Assembly (NCBI GenBank): GCA_965221905.1
Contig: OZ244922.1
Location: 2,752,001 to 2,816,000, forward strand
Origin: Chloroflexota bacterium
GTDB taxonomy: Bacteria > Chloroflexota > UBA11872 > VXOZ01
Reading direction: 5' to 3'
Length of the DNA: 64,000 nucleotides
Part shown: positions 48,054 to 58,682 of the stretch, piece after piece
Layout of the letters: each line of letters opens with the position of its first letter
Position numbering within the stretch: position 1 is the stretch's first letter
Translations under genes and position numbers: made by a program
The notes under the pieces: generated by a model
Database searches by the model: none
The model's input: the letters and a program-made list of their open reading frames with translations, nothing else
What the model was told of the DNA's origin: nothing

Positions 48054-48989
48054 ATGCAATTCACCGGCATCTACCCGCCGCTGGCAACACCATTTGTCAA
48101 CCAGGAACTCGCAGTCACGCACCTTGCGGAAAATGTCAGGAAACTCGCGTCATCGGGGCTTACCGGCTTTGTCGCGCTTGGTTCCAACGGAGAACTACCG
48201 GCGCTCACCGAAGTGGAAAAGCTGCAAGTAGTAGAAACGGTGGTTGCAAACGCCCCTGCGGACGCGCAGGTGATCGTGGGCGTAGGCTACGAATCGACGA
48301 GACAGGCGCTCGCCTTCATCGCGCAAGCCGCCGCACGCGGCGCGCAGGCTGCGCTCGTCCTGCCCCCTTCCTACTATAAGTCCGCGCTCACCCCCGATGT
48401 CCTCCGCGACTTCTACACTGCGCTGGCAGATGATGCCGCACTACCGCTTCTGATCTATAACATGCCCGCCTACACCGGCATCAACTTGGGACCGGAGGTA
48501 GTCGTACCGTTGGCGCAACACCCGCGCATCAGGGGCCTGAAAGATAGCTCCGGTAACATTGTGCAGATCACCGAAGTAATCCGGCAGACGCAAGACTTGG
48601 ACTTTGCGGTCCTGGCGGGCTCGGCGAGTTTCCTATTTACCGCCCTGTGCGTGGGAGCGGCGGGCGGAGTGGCGGCGCTGGCCAACCTGGCGCCACGAGA
48701 GTGTGTGCAACTTTACGATCTCTTCCAACGCGGCGCTATCGACGAGGCGCGCAGACTGCAATACCGGCTCATGGCGCCCAACGCCGCAGTCACCAATCGC
48801 TTTGGCGTTGCCGGCCTCAAAGCAGCCATGACGCTCTGCGGCTACGCAGGCGGTGAGCCCCGCCACCCACTTGTTCCTCTGTCGTCACACCTGCATGAAA
48901 CGGTGCGCGAAATCCTCGCCGATGCACAGCTCCTTCCCGCGGGCGTGAGCCGGCCTGCAATCGCTGCCCGTGCGTCTGCCGAATCTTAA
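48054..48989 (+). CDS. DHDPS-family aldolase (4-hydroxy-2-oxoglutarate aldolase-like)
   Basis: Start MQFTGIYPPLATPF. GSNGE, PPSYYK, YNMPAYTG, LKDSSG. Confidence 0.88.
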   Translation: MQFTGIYPPLATPFVNQELAVTHLAENVRKLASSGLTGFVALGSNGELPALTEVEKLQVVETVVANAPADAQVIVGVGYESTRQALAFIAQAAARGAQAALVLPPSYYKSALTPDVLRDFYTALADDAALPLLIYNMPAYTGINLGPEVVVPLAQHPRIRGLKDSSGNIVQITEVIRQTQDLDFAVLAGSASFLFTALCVGAAGGVAALANLAPRECVQLYDLFQRGAIDEARRLQYRLMAPNAAVTNRFGVAGLKAAMTLCGYAGGEPRHPLVPLSSHLHETVREILADAQLLPAGVSRPAIAARASAES

Positions 48990-49150
48990 GCAAACCGTTC
49001 CCTCTTGAACAGAACTGCCACTTCGCCGCTTCAATAGCGCTCGGTTCGCTTTCTGCGTAACCGGGTGACTATGACACTACCGCTTCTCTTGATTCAGAAG
49101 CGGTCGCAACGCAAACAAACGGATTTTTGCTATTTTACGCTTTAGAATAC

Positions 49151-49180
49151 TTGACTAATTTCCGCGAAGGGTTTTATAAT
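49151..49180 (+). promoter_or_regulatory. Sigma70-type promoter for the PspC-domain gene
   Basis: TTGACT-18 nt-TATAAT, about 45 nt upstream of the start. Confidence 0.65.
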
Positions 49181-49223
49181 CCTAAAGAGTATGTTTAGAC
49201 TTCACCGATTGGAGGGGTGAGAG

Positions 49224-50375
49224 ATGGCAGAGAACGTAGAAACCGCCGTGCGTCGCCTCATGCGAAGCCGAACAGACCGCACGTGTGCCGGAGTCTGTGG
49301 AGGCTTAGCGGAGTATATCGACTGGGACCCAACTATCGTTCGTCTGCTCTGGATACTTGCGCTCTTTCTCTCCGGTGGCATGGCGCTATTCGCTTACCTT
49401 GTCTTCTGGATCGTCATGCCTGAGGCGCCGGCATATTCTCGTGCGGACGCTGGCTTTGCGCACGCCAGACGCCTCACCCGTAGCCGCGACGAGCGCATGA
49501 TTTCGGGAGTTTGCGGCGGACTTGCTGAGTATCTTGGCATGGATACTACCCTCATGCGCGTGCTCTGGGTAGTTGCTACCTTCATAAGCGGCGGGGTAAC
49601 GCTCATAGCCTACCCCATCTTCTGGCTGGTGATGCCTGAAAGCGGTCGATACACGTCCGCCGCCGACGATACCTTCAAGAACGTGGCTGAGCGCGTAGAC
49701 CCAATGGTGGAGCGGATTGGCGACCGGGTGCGAGAGACGTTTAGCAGAGAGCCGCGCCCTACCGATCCTGCCGCCGCCAAGCGCGCCCAAGAACAGGAAT
49801 TGGAAAACGAGATTCTCGGCATCAGCGAGGAAGACCTGCAGGGAAAGAGTCCTCAAGAGGCGGCAGCGCCCAAGGTAAAGCCGAAGCACCGCTGGTTGCC
49901 TATTCTCGGCGTGGGTCTCCTTACTCTCGGCCTCATAATTCTTGCGGATACTGCGGACTGGCTCTGGTTCTCTCCTGAGTCGCTAGTCATCCTCGTGATT
50001 GGCGCGCTCTTGCTCTTCTATCGCAGTGATGATACACCGAGACCGGCCTGGCGTACCTGGGTCGGCGGCGGATTGATCCTACTGAGCATCCTAACCCTGG
50101 CGGACAGTCTAGGCCTATTCTGGGTTTCTGAAGGCATTGTCGGCTCCCTCTTCATAATGGGGATCGGCCTAGCGATGCTCCTTCAAAGAAATCGTGTGAT
50201 ACCGCGGCCGGCATGGCGCACCTGGATCGGCGGAGGGATGGTCGCGCTCGGCGGGCTCCTGCTCATCGATACCTTCCTGCCCTCGTTTGTATCCGATCTC
50301 ACCTGGCCGTTCGCCCTGATCGGTGCCGGCGCGCTGCTGCTGTGGCAGTGGAGCCGCCGCAAAGCAACAGGCTAA
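49224..50375 (+). CDS. Tandem PspC-domain membrane protein with C-terminal LiaF/DUF5668-like TM repeats
   Basis: Two RSR.(D/E)R...GVCGGLAEY...D.T..R...Y...W.VMPE units. Duplicated PRPAWRTW(V/I)GGG TM module. Confidence 0.85.
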   Translation: MAENVETAVRRLMRSRTDRTCAGVCGGLAEYIDWDPTIVRLLWILALFLSGGMALFAYLVFWIVMPEAPAYSRADAGFAHARRLTRSRDERMISGVCGGLAEYLGMDTTLMRVLWVVATFISGGVTLIAYPIFWLVMPESGRYTSAADDTFKNVAERVDPMVERIGDRVRETFSREPRPTDPAAAKRAQEQELENEILGISEEDLQGKSPQEAAAPKVKPKHRWLPILGVGLLTLGLIILADTADWLWFSPESLVILVIGALLLFYRSDDTPRPAWRTWVGGGLILLSILTLADSLGLFWVSEGIVGSLFIMGIGLAMLLQRNRVIPRPAWRTWIGGGMVALGGLLLIDTFLPSFVSDLTWPFALIGAGALLLWQWSRRKATG

Positions 50376-50636
50376 GATCGGAGTCATCGAAGACTCTCTC
50401 GGACGAGTAGAAAGAGGTGTGCGCTTGCCCAGCGCACACCTCTTGTCATTCCTTGCCTACACGTGTGGGCAAAAGCGGTCTTGGACTTTGCAAACAGCCG
50501 CGCACGGAGAGAATTAACAAATGCCAGCAAATCGCATCAAAAACCTCCCCGCATCTACTCCACTCTAGCAAAGAGTGCAGGGCACGAGAAATACCATGCC
50601 GCCCTCTACATTCAGACTGCCGGCGCCATACTCACG

Positions 50637-52040
50637 TTACCGCCACTCCTCCGGGCGACGGCTGTAAAGTTCGTTTAGTTCCTGTGCGGAGAGGCGCATC
50701 GCCTCAGCAGCATCCATTTCACCCCTCAACGCCGCAAGAATATGCCCCCGGCGCAGAATCTGCCAGGCTTCGCTCGTCTCGGGCGTCACCAGGCGATCAT
50801 GGCCGTCCGTTTCCCAGACGTTTGCCACTTCCAACACCTTCGTTCCCTCAAATCGCGAAAGCCACTTGGGGTGCTTGCTCGCCCAGACCGTCGGTGGCCA
50901 TGCAATCGCACCGAACTGGGGCGAATCAACCAGCCCCTCCTCCGAATGGAACCACATGAGAAAGTCCCAGGCCAGGTCCGGCACCTCTGAAAAGGTGAGA
51001 ATGGAATAGGCGTTGCCGCCAAGACTGGCTGTCTGCCGCACTCCGCGCGGCGGCGGGGCAAAGTCGAGCTTCTCCACCAGAGGTATGTGCGCCTTGATCG
51101 TATTGTGGCGGAAGATGCCGTTGAACTCCATTGCAACCATCTCCGCTTCCATGGGACGTATACCGGTGGGAAGCGCCTGCCGGGCTTCGGTCGTCGGTGT
51201 AACCCGATGCTTGATGTGCAAGTCCACGTCAAAGCGGAAGCCGCGGATCGCATTCTGGTCTTCCCCAAACACGGCCTTTGAACGGTCCTCGTTAACCAAC
51301 TGGCCGCCAAAGTTGTAGACAAACGTGCCTGCCATATAGTGCAGACCATTTTGTCCGATGAACGCTGCCCATTTCTTGTCGTCAGCATTGGTGAGCTTGA
51401 CGCAGGCGTCCAGGAACTCATCATAGGTCCAGTCTTTGTGCGGATAGGGTATACCCTTCTGGTCGAAGAGGTGCTTGTTGTACATTACCGCCTCGCCGCC
51501 CGACTGGAAGGGCAGCGCATAGAGCTTACCCCGCCAAGACCAAGACTCGATGTCCGCCGCGAAGTAGGTCTCTACCGGCACGTTGCTGGACTTGAGCAGT
51601 TGGAACTTCTCAACGAACATGCCGTTGAGCCCGCCGGTCAGCGCCCAGTTGTTCTGGTTATAGGTTATGTCAACCGTCGTCGTACCGGCAGCAAACTCAG
51701 TGGTGCGTTTCTGCCATACCTCCCGATACTCTTGCGGCGTTTCAATCGTGATGCCCAGGGCCTCAGCTCCCTCCGCAAAGGTCTGGGAGAGCGCGGTCCA
51801 GCGCGCATCCTCCGGACTGTGATAATTGGAGATGCGCAACACTTGGGGTTCAGCCTTGGGGGCCATTTCCGCCTTGGATTCTGCCTCCTTCTCCGTCGGC
51901 GCCGCCTCTCCGGCAGGAGCAGTGGATACCGCGCCACATGCCGCGAGAAGCATGCCCGTACCACCGATCACCGCCCCGCCGAGCACTACCCGCCGCGTAG
52001 GGGCATACAACTCTCTACCTCGTCGTGCTTGGATCGCCAT
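50637..52040 (-). CDS. ABC transporter sugar-binding lipoprotein
   Basis: Start reassigned to MAIQARRG (SD AAGGAGG). TRRVVL..LAACG, YALP, YNK.LFD..G..YP..DWT, PDLAWDFL. Confidence 0.88.
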   Translation of the reverse strand: MAIQARRGRELYAPTRRVVLGGAVIGGTGMLLAACGAVSTAPAGEAAPTEKEAESKAEMAPKAEPQVLRISNYHSPEDARWTALSQTFAEGAEALGITIETPQEYREVWQKRTTEFAAGTTTVDITYNQNNWALTGGLNGMFVEKFQLLKSSNVPVETYFAADIESWSWRGKLYALPFQSGGEAVMYNKHLFDQKGIPYPHKDWTYDEFLDACVKLTNADDKKWAAFIGQNGLHYMAGTFVYNFGGQLVNEDRSKAVFGEDQNAIRGFRFDVDLHIKHRVTPTTEARQALPTGIRPMEAEMVAMEFNGIFRHNTIKAHIPLVEKLDFAPPPRGVRQTASLGGNAYSILTFSEVPDLAWDFLMWFHSEEGLVDSPQFGAIAWPPTVWASKHPKWLSRFEGTKVLEVANVWETDGHDRLVTPETSEAWQILRRGHILAALRGEMDAAEAMRLSAQELNELYSRRPEEWR

Positions 52041-52088
52041 GTCGGCCCTCCTTTCACGAGAAACCGTGACTACCACAAAGCTCCACAC

Positions 52089-52132
52089 GCTTGACAACGA
52101 TATTCTAATATGCATAATAGTGATAGTCAAGC
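52089..52132. promoter_or_regulatory. Overlapping, mirror-image divergent promoters
   Basis: +: TTGACA-16-CATAAT. -: TTGACT-17-TAGAAT. Bounded by inverted GCTTGAC/GTCAAGC. Confidence 0.6.
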
Positions 52133-52162
52133 ATTTTAATCCATTTGTGAAAGAGGAATTTC

Positions 52163-53461
52163 ATGGCAAAGACTTTGAGCCCCACGTCCACATTGGCTCT
52201 GGATGGCGGGCCGCAAGCAGTGACTGCTCCAGTTGACGACCGCTGGCAGCGCGTGACCGATCTGGAAAAGGAGTACGTGCTGCGGGTCATGGACGATTTT
52301 GGCGATGCTTACGCCGAGTTAGACCGCTTCGAGGAAGAGTGGCGCGAGTTCATCGGCACCAAACATGCCCTCGCCATGTGCAATGGCACTGCCACGCTGC
52401 ATTCCGCAATTTTCGCCGCTGGCGCACACGCCGGCAAAGAGGTGATCGTGCCCTCGGTCACGTGGCATGCGAGCATAAGCCCCATCCTGCACTGCGGCGC
52501 AACGCCGGTGTTCTGCGATGCGGACCCGGAGACCTTCTGCGCGGACCCGGCAGACGTCAGGCGGAAGATCACCGACCGCACCTGCGCCATCGTCGTAACC
52601 CACGTCTACGGTAACCCGGCAGACCTCGACGCATTCCGCGATATCGTGGACGGCACCGACATCGTCCTCATCGAGGACGCTTCACACGCCCATGGCGCAA
52701 CGTGGGACGGCAAACCGGTGGGCTCGTTCGGCCACATCGGCTGCTTTAGCCTGCAAAAGGGCAAGGCGATGACGGGCATCGAGGCGGGCGTTGCTGTTAC
52801 CAATGACGACGTGCTCTATGACCGCATGCTGGCGCTCGGCCAGTACGGGCGCTGCGGCAAGCTCTGGTCCACTGCCGAATTCGCAGACCTGCGCAATATG
52901 GGCTTCGGCGTAAAGTACCGGGCCAACCCGCTTGCCATCGGCATGGTGCGCGCTCAATTCAGACGGCTACCGGAAATGAACGAGAAGCGCCGGGCGTGGT
53001 TCGACCGGCTCGACTCCCTGCTGAGCGCCATCCCTGGTGTGAACCCCCAAAAGGTCTATCCGAAAGCTATCCGGGGCGGCTTGGTGCACTACGCCGGGAC
53101 GCTCGACACTGAGGCAATCGGCGTGCCTGCAAATTCCATTCTTAAAGCGTTGGTCGCTGAAGGCGTACAGACAAAGTCGGAGATCACGCCGTTCGGCTAC
53201 GGCGTGATGCATCTGGAGCCGCTCTTCAACGACTATGCGCTCGAGAACGTCGGCGGACCGTGGAAAGACCTACCGTCCGACTCACGCGTGCGCAGAGGGC
53301 GTGGTCACCTGCCCGTGAGCGAACGCATCCACGATACGGCGTTCTGGATCAAGACGCCCGTCGACCCCAATCCTGAATGGGTAGAGCAAGTCGGCGAGGC
53401 CTTCCACAAAGTGATGGCCAACGCAGACCGCCTCGCGGAGCTTGCTCCGCAAGGAGTCTAA
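52163..53461 (+). CDS. DegT/DnrJ/EryC1/StrS aminotransferase
   Basis: NGTATLH, EDASHAHGA, FSLQKGK..EAG, KYRANPL. Confidence 0.92.
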   Translation: MAKTLSPTSTLALDGGPQAVTAPVDDRWQRVTDLEKEYVLRVMDDFGDAYAELDRFEEEWREFIGTKHALAMCNGTATLHSAIFAAGAHAGKEVIVPSVTWHASISPILHCGATPVFCDADPETFCADPADVRRKITDRTCAIVVTHVYGNPADLDAFRDIVDGTDIVLIEDASHAHGATWDGKPVGSFGHIGCFSLQKGKAMTGIEAGVAVTNDDVLYDRMLALGQYGRCGKLWSTAEFADLRNMGFGVKYRANPLAIGMVRAQFRRLPEMNEKRRAWFDRLDSLLSAIPGVNPQKVYPKAIRGGLVHYAGTLDTEAIGVPANSILKALVAEGVQTKSEITPFGYGVMHLEPLFNDYALENVGGPWKDLPSDSRVRRGRGHLPVSERIHDTAFWIKTPVDPNPEWVEQVGEAFHKVMANADRLAELAPQGV

Positions 53462-53697
53462 GCAGGGCGTTCACGATGATGCCGTCGTGCAGTGGACTCC
53501 GTTCGCCCTGAGCCTAGAGTAAACTCCGTTCGCCCTGAGCTTGTCGAAGGGCGGCACACGTCCCTTTGCAGTCACGTGTGCAAATTTCAGGCCGGTCAGC
53601 GTTAGAATCTAAATGCTGCCTGTGCTTTGCAGCGCAGGCAGCAGGTCTCTTGATCTGGGAGTGCGATGAATTCCCAAGACGCGTCCCATCAGCCGTC

Positions 53698-55410
53698 TCA
53701 CGCTCGACGACACCGTTCCGTAGCCTCCCGGTCAAGCTCTCCATTAGCGGCTATCACAACGCCGTAGACATCGCGTGCGCGTTCGCGTGACACCTTTTCG
53801 TTGCGCACGTCATCCAGGACTAGCTGCGGGTCTCGCTCCAGAGGGTTTCCCCAGCCGCCGGCCCCTGAAACCATGTGACGGAAGAGGTCGTTCTCAAATA
53901 TCGTCTCGGTCGCCTTGCTCGTTAGAACGCGAGCCTCAGTATCCGGATTGAGGATATTCCGCGAGGGCGCGCCGGGGAGACCTCCGGCGAGTCCGTACGT
54001 TTGAGTCTTATGTCGATCCGAACGCAGTTGCAGCGTCGCGCGCCGCTCGCGCAAGCGGTAGTCCCGCACTAACGCCAGGCCGCCGCGAAATTTGCCGGCG
54101 CCCTCGGAATCCGGCACATAGCCGTACCGTTCGATACGCAAAGGCAGCTCCGCTTCCACCACCTCAACCGGGTTATTCGAGAAATTCACAACGATGCTCG
54201 CCATGGCGTCGGTACCATCGCTCCAAGGCTTACCTCCCCACGACCCGAAGAGGAACTCCAGGTAGACGAAGGGGTTGCCATCGTCGTCGTAGCCTCCAAT
54301 ACTCACACCGGTGTCGCCTCCCACCTCGCATGCCGGAATGCGGTCCGGCGCCAGCTTGGCCAGGGCGCCCATCACAGCATTGGCGGTCCGGTAGCCGGTA
54401 AGGCCCCGCGCGGCCACGGGCGCGGGCATGCTGGGATTGACGACGGAGCTTTTGGGCGCAATCACCTCGATCGGGCGGAAGTACCCCTCGTTATTCGGTA
54501 TCTCTTCCCCCATGAGACTGCGCACGCAGGCATACACGGCCGAACGCGTGAATGGGATTGGCGAATTTATGCCACCGCGCACCTGCGGCGACGTGCCGGT
54601 AAAGTCCACCGTCATAGAGTCTCCGTGCACCCGCACGGTAACGGCGATGGGGATCGGCCCCGGGTCAAACCCGTCGTCGTCAATATAGTCGGTAAATGCA
54701 TATTCGCCATCTGGCATATCGGCAATGGCCTGTCGCGCCAGCCGTTCCGTGTAGTCGAGAAGCGCGGAAAAACGCGCCTGTAGCTCCTCGTGCCCGTAGC
54801 GGCCAAACAGCGGAATCACACGCCGCTCGCCCACGTGGCAGGCAGAGAGTTGGGCGCGAATATCGCCCAGCACCAGCCGCGGCACCCGCACGTTTGCCCG
54901 AATTAGCTTGAAGACACTCTCATTGGGTACGCCGGCATCGTAGAGCTTGAGCGGCGGGATGCGAATGCCTTCCTGGAAGATTTCGGTAGCGTCGCAGCCG
55001 TTCCCTCCTGCTACCATCCCGCCAACGTCGGCATGGTGCGCTATCGTCACAAGGTAGCAGGCAAGTACGCCATCCAAGAATACCGGCTTGAAGATGTAGA
55101 AATCCGGTAAGTGCGTGCCCCCGGCATAGGGGTCGTTGAGCAAGTAGACGTCACCGGGCCGAATGTCACCGCCAAACGTCGCGAAGATACTCTGCATAGC
55201 GTGGGGCACCGAGCCAAGGTGGAGCGGCAGCGTCAGGCCCTGAGCAATGAGCTCGCCGCTGGGCTGGCAAAGCGCGGTGGAAAAGTCCATGCTGTTCTTC
55301 AGATTGTTCGAATACGCCGTACGAAGTATAGTCATCGCCATCTCGTCCACCAGCGATTCCAGCGCGTTCTTGAGGATTTCCGTTTCTACCGGATCGAAGT
55401 CTCCGTTCAC
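53698..55410 (-). CDS. Hydantoinase B/5-oxoprolinase subunit
   Basis: NDPY.GGTHLPD, HH.DVGG, FQEG..IPP, GAGK.RGG, GAGGWG.P. Confidence 0.93.
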   Translation of the reverse strand: MNGDFDPVETEILKNALESLVDEMAMTILRTAYSNNLKNSMDFSTALCQPSGELIAQGLTLPLHLGSVPHAMQSIFATFGGDIRPGDVYLLNDPYAGGTHLPDFYIFKPVFLDGVLACYLVTIAHHADVGGMVAGGNGCDATEIFQEGIRIPPLKLYDAGVPNESVFKLIRANVRVPRLVLGDIRAQLSACHVGERRVIPLFGRYGHEELQARFSALLDYTERLARQAIADMPDGEYAFTDYIDDDGFDPGPIPIAVTVRVHGDSMTVDFTGTSPQVRGGINSPIPFTRSAVYACVRSLMGEEIPNNEGYFRPIEVIAPKSSVVNPSMPAPVAARGLTGYRTANAVMGALAKLAPDRIPACEVGGDTGVSIGGYDDDGNPFVYLEFLFGSWGGKPWSDGTDAMASIVVNFSNNPVEVVEAELPLRIERYGYVPDSEGAGKFRGGLALVRDYRLRERRATLQLRSDRHKTQTYGLAGGLPGAPSRNILNPDTEARVLTSKATETIFENDLFRHMVSGAGGWGNPLERDPQLVLDDVRNEKVSRERARDVYGVVIAANGELDREATERCRRA

Positions 55411-57500
55411 GTCAGTTCCTCTCCCACAGTGATCACCACGTTATCCCACGCATCTCGTCTTGCACTGCAATTTGGAGGCACCAATATCGTCGTGTCGTAT
55501 TCCTCCATGATCAGCGGCCCGGGTCGAGCTGCCGTGCCAAGCTCATGCCGCGCCAGTAACGGCACTTTGCGCTCGCCAATTGCAGCGCCAAAGTACGCCG
55601 ACCGCTCTCCCGGACCCTGTGGTGTTTCCTTCTTTGCCGCAGTACTTCCCCACTGATGCTGTCCTTCACGCGGCAGCGTGACTTCAACCCGCAGGTTGAC
55701 GAGTTCCACGGGGTCTTCAGACGCCTTATGGCCGTAGGTGCGCTCATGCTCACGCTCAAAAGCTTCACGCATAAACGCCGGACGAGAGTCTTGCAGCGGA
55801 ATGGTGAGTTCGAAGGACTGACCGGCATAGCGCAGGTCAGCAAATCGCTGCCAAAGGCCGCTTTGCCGAGCATCATCGCCTATCCCAAGCTCTCCGGCCA
55901 AGCGAGACTCCAGCGTAACGTATTGTTCATCGATCTCCTCTTCACTCACCGTGTCGATGGGTAGCAAGACCGTTTGCACGGCGTGTTGGGAGACATCTAC
56001 ACACAAGAGACCGAGTGAGCTAAACAGTCCTGGAAACGGCGGTACGACGACCTGCTTGACTCCAAGCTCCTGTGCCATTTCGGCGGCATGCAGCGGCCCG
56101 CTGCCGCCAAAGGCGAATAAGACGAAATCTGCTGGCGAGCGTCCGCGTTCCACAGTGACCGCCCGTACGGCGCGGCTCATATGGGAGACCGCTATACGAT
56201 GGATACCGTGGGCGGCATCTTCCACACGTAGGCCCAGCGGTTTCGCAAGCCGTTCCTCCAAGACGGAACGCGCGCGCGTAGCGTCAATCGGCAGTTCGCC
56301 ACCCAAGAAATGCGTGGGATTGAGAAAGCCCAGCGCTACATTGGCGTCGGTGAGTGTTGGTTCTTCGCCGCCGAGGGAGTAACACACGGGCCCGGGCTCA
56401 GCGCCCGCGCTATGCGGTCCGACCCGGAGTCCGCCGGCCGGATCGATCCACGCAATGCTGCCGCCGCCTGCGCCGACTTCCGCAATATCTATAGCCGGCA
56501 CACGCAGCGCGTAGCCCCCGCCCCGCTGGAGTCGCGCGCTGAGGCTAATGCCCCCGCCTACCTCATAGTCATTCGTGCGCGTGATGCGTCCGTCCTCGAT
56601 CACCGACGCTTTGGCCGTCGTGCCGCCCATGTCGAGCGTTATTGCATTTTGGGTATTCATCGCGTTGGCCAGCGAAAGCGCGCCCATCACACCGGCGGCA
56701 GGCCCGGACTCAATCACGTGAATTGGCTGTTCCGCCGCTTTCGCCGCGCCCATCATGCCGCCGCCGGACTGCATCATGTATACCGGGGCGGTGATTCGCC
56801 GTTCGACGAAGGCATCGTCCAAGCGGGAAAGGTATGAGCGCATTACGGGAGCAATGTACGCATTGATCACCGTCGTGCTCGTGCGCTCGTACTCGCGAAT
56901 TTCCGGGAGAACGTGGGAGGAAAGGGAAACGAAAACGTCAGGAGCCGCCGCGCGCAGCAACGCGCCAATGCGATCTTCATGTTCCGAATTGCGGTAGGCG
57001 TTGATGAGGCATACGGCAATCGAACGCACATCCGCCTTAAGCAAATGCGCTATTGCCGCGTGAACACTCTCCTCATCGAGCTCATGCACAATGTTTCCCA
57101 AAGTGTCCATGCGCTCGACGACTTCCCGTCGCAACGCGCGCGGCACCAACGGCTTCGGCGGCTCCCAGTGCAAGTCGTAGAGGCGCGGCATTCGCAAACG
57201 CCGTATCTCCAGCACGTCGCGGAAACCCGCAGTTGTGATGAGGCCCGTGGGCGCGCCTTTGGCTTCCAGGATAGCGTTGGTGGCTATCGTGGTGGCGTGA
57301 ATGACTTCACGAATATCCTCACTCGCAGCATTCGTATTGCTGATGAGGGTATCGAGCCCCTGCACTATTCCTTGCGCGAAGTCATCCGTGGTGGAAGAGA
57401 CCTTCGTCCACGCTCGCAACCCTTGGGCATCCATGAAGACAAGGTCGGTGAAGGTACCACCAATATCCACACCGACACGCAATGATGAGTCCACAAGCAC
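55407..57500 (-). CDS. Hydantoinase A/5-oxoprolinase subunit
   Basis: [44 protein letters not shown]. Confidence 0.94.
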   Translation of the reverse strand: MLVDSSLRVGVDIGGTFTDLVFMDAQGLRAWTKVSSTTDDFAQGIVQGLDTLISNTNAASEDIREVIHATTIATNAILEAKGAPTGLITTAGFRDVLEIRRLRMPRLYDLHWEPPKPLVPRALRREVVERMDTLGNIVHELDEESVHAAIAHLLKADVRSIAVCLINAYRNSEHEDRIGALLRAAAPDVFVSLSSHVLPEIREYERTSTTVINAYIAPVMRSYLSRLDDAFVERRITAPVYMMQSGGGMMGAAKAAEQPIHVIESGPAAGVMGALSLANAMNTQNAITLDMGGTTAKASVIEDGRITRTNDYEVGGGISLSARLQRGGGYALRVPAIDIAEVGAGGGSIAWIDPAGGLRVGPHSAGAEPGPVCYSLGGEEPTLTDANVALGFLNPTHFLGGELPIDATRARSVLEERLAKPLGLRVEDAAHGIHRIAVSHMSRAVRAVTVERGRSPADFVLFAFGGSGPLHAAEMAQELGVKQVVVPPFPGLFSSLGLLCVDVSQHAVQTVLLPIDTVSEEEIDEQYVTLESRLAGELGIGDDARQSGLWQRFADLRYAGQSFELTIPLQDSRPAFMREAFEREHERTYGHKASEDPVELVNLRVEVTLPREGQHQWGSTAAKKETPQGPGERSAYFGAAIGERKVPLLARHELGTAARPGPLIMEEYDTTILVPPNCSARRDAWDNVVITVGEELT

Positions 57501-57503
57501 GGC

Positions 57504-58247
57504 CTAGACGGTCACGGGTAACGGCCCCGCAACGGGGGAAAGCTCAAACACCCTACCGTAACCGGGTATCGCCGCAGTATGTCCCAGCGCGCGCAGGCAC
57601 TGCCAGTAGGTGGCTTGGTTGCTCGTGACAACCGGAATGCCGAGGTCCTCCTCAAGCGCTTGGATAACGTCCATGGTGCGGAGATTAGTGCAACTGATGA
57701 ATAGCGCGTCGGCGCCCGCGTCAACGTGCTCCCGGGCAAAGCGGTATGTTTCCGCAAGCGGCACAACGCCGATGTCGAAGGCCGTGAGAATTCCCATACC
57801 GGCCTGGCTCACCACCTCGAACCCCCAGCCCTCCAGGAACTTGACTTCAAGGTCATTGAGTTCCGGGATATACGGTGTCACCATGGAAACACGCTGTGCA
57901 TTGAGCGCACGAAGGGCACCGGCAACTGCTCCGGCAGTAGTCACTGCCTCAATCCGGCTGCCGCCCCGCAACCGTTCACGCAACGTCTCTTCACCATCAG
58001 TGCCCTCGAAGAAGCTGCCTGCAGTGCAAGCAAAGGCGATGACGTCTACGTTCGCGCTGAGCAATTCGTCTACGCCGCGATCAACGTGCGCACACATTTG
58101 CGCCATGTCGTCGGCATCCGAGCGGGAGTTGCGCATTCGTGTCGCGTAAACGGCAAATCCTTCGGGCAACAGCGCGCAGCCTTCCGGCTCCACCACCGTA
58201 TTCACCGACGGTACGAGTAATCCGATGCGTCCACGCCAACCAAACAT
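57504..58247 (-). CDS. Maleate cis-trans isomerase / Asp-Glu racemase family
   Basis: IGLLVPSVNTVVE, ACTAGSF, TPY, ISCTNL, VVTSNQA (two catalytic Cys). Confidence 0.88.
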   Translation of the reverse strand: MFGWRGRIGLLVPSVNTVVEPEGCALLPEGFAVYATRMRNSRSDADDMAQMCAHVDRGVDELLSANVDVIAFACTAGSFFEGTDGEETLRERLRGGSRIEAVTTAGAVAGALRALNAQRVSMVTPYIPELNDLEVKFLEGWGFEVVSQAGMGILTAFDIGVVPLAETYRFAREHVDAGADALFISCTNLRTMDVIQALEEDLGIPVVTSNQATYWQCLRALGHTAAIPGYGRVFELSPVAGPLPVTV

Positions 58248-58682
58248 GCCATCTCCTCCAATCACAATTGCTCAAGCGCCGTCGAGGGCTCAAGGTTGTT
58301 GCACTTCTTGGAACTCTAAAGCTAAAGAACACGATTACAAGACGTGTGCGACCGCAAAATTGCCGCTTCAACCCTCTATGCCGCACATCGCTCGTCGTTC
58401 GCTCTCTTGGAGCGCAAATTACTACAACGATGATAGCGCAGCAACCATGTCAAAACAACTAAGGTTGTAACAACCTCGGTTGTCGCTCAGGCGCTCGCGC
58501 CATACAATACCATACGGATGCCAGGCTGTGGCCGTGTGCAAACAGGCCGCATGGCCGCGTAAGAGTACGGCCGCACTCTCCTGGCGCCAATGAGTCTCCG
58601 GCGAAACGCAGTGTGGCAGCGTCACTATAGGCACTGCCAAGCGGTATTTATGCGTTTTGCCGCAACCCGCAAGGCAAAACTG

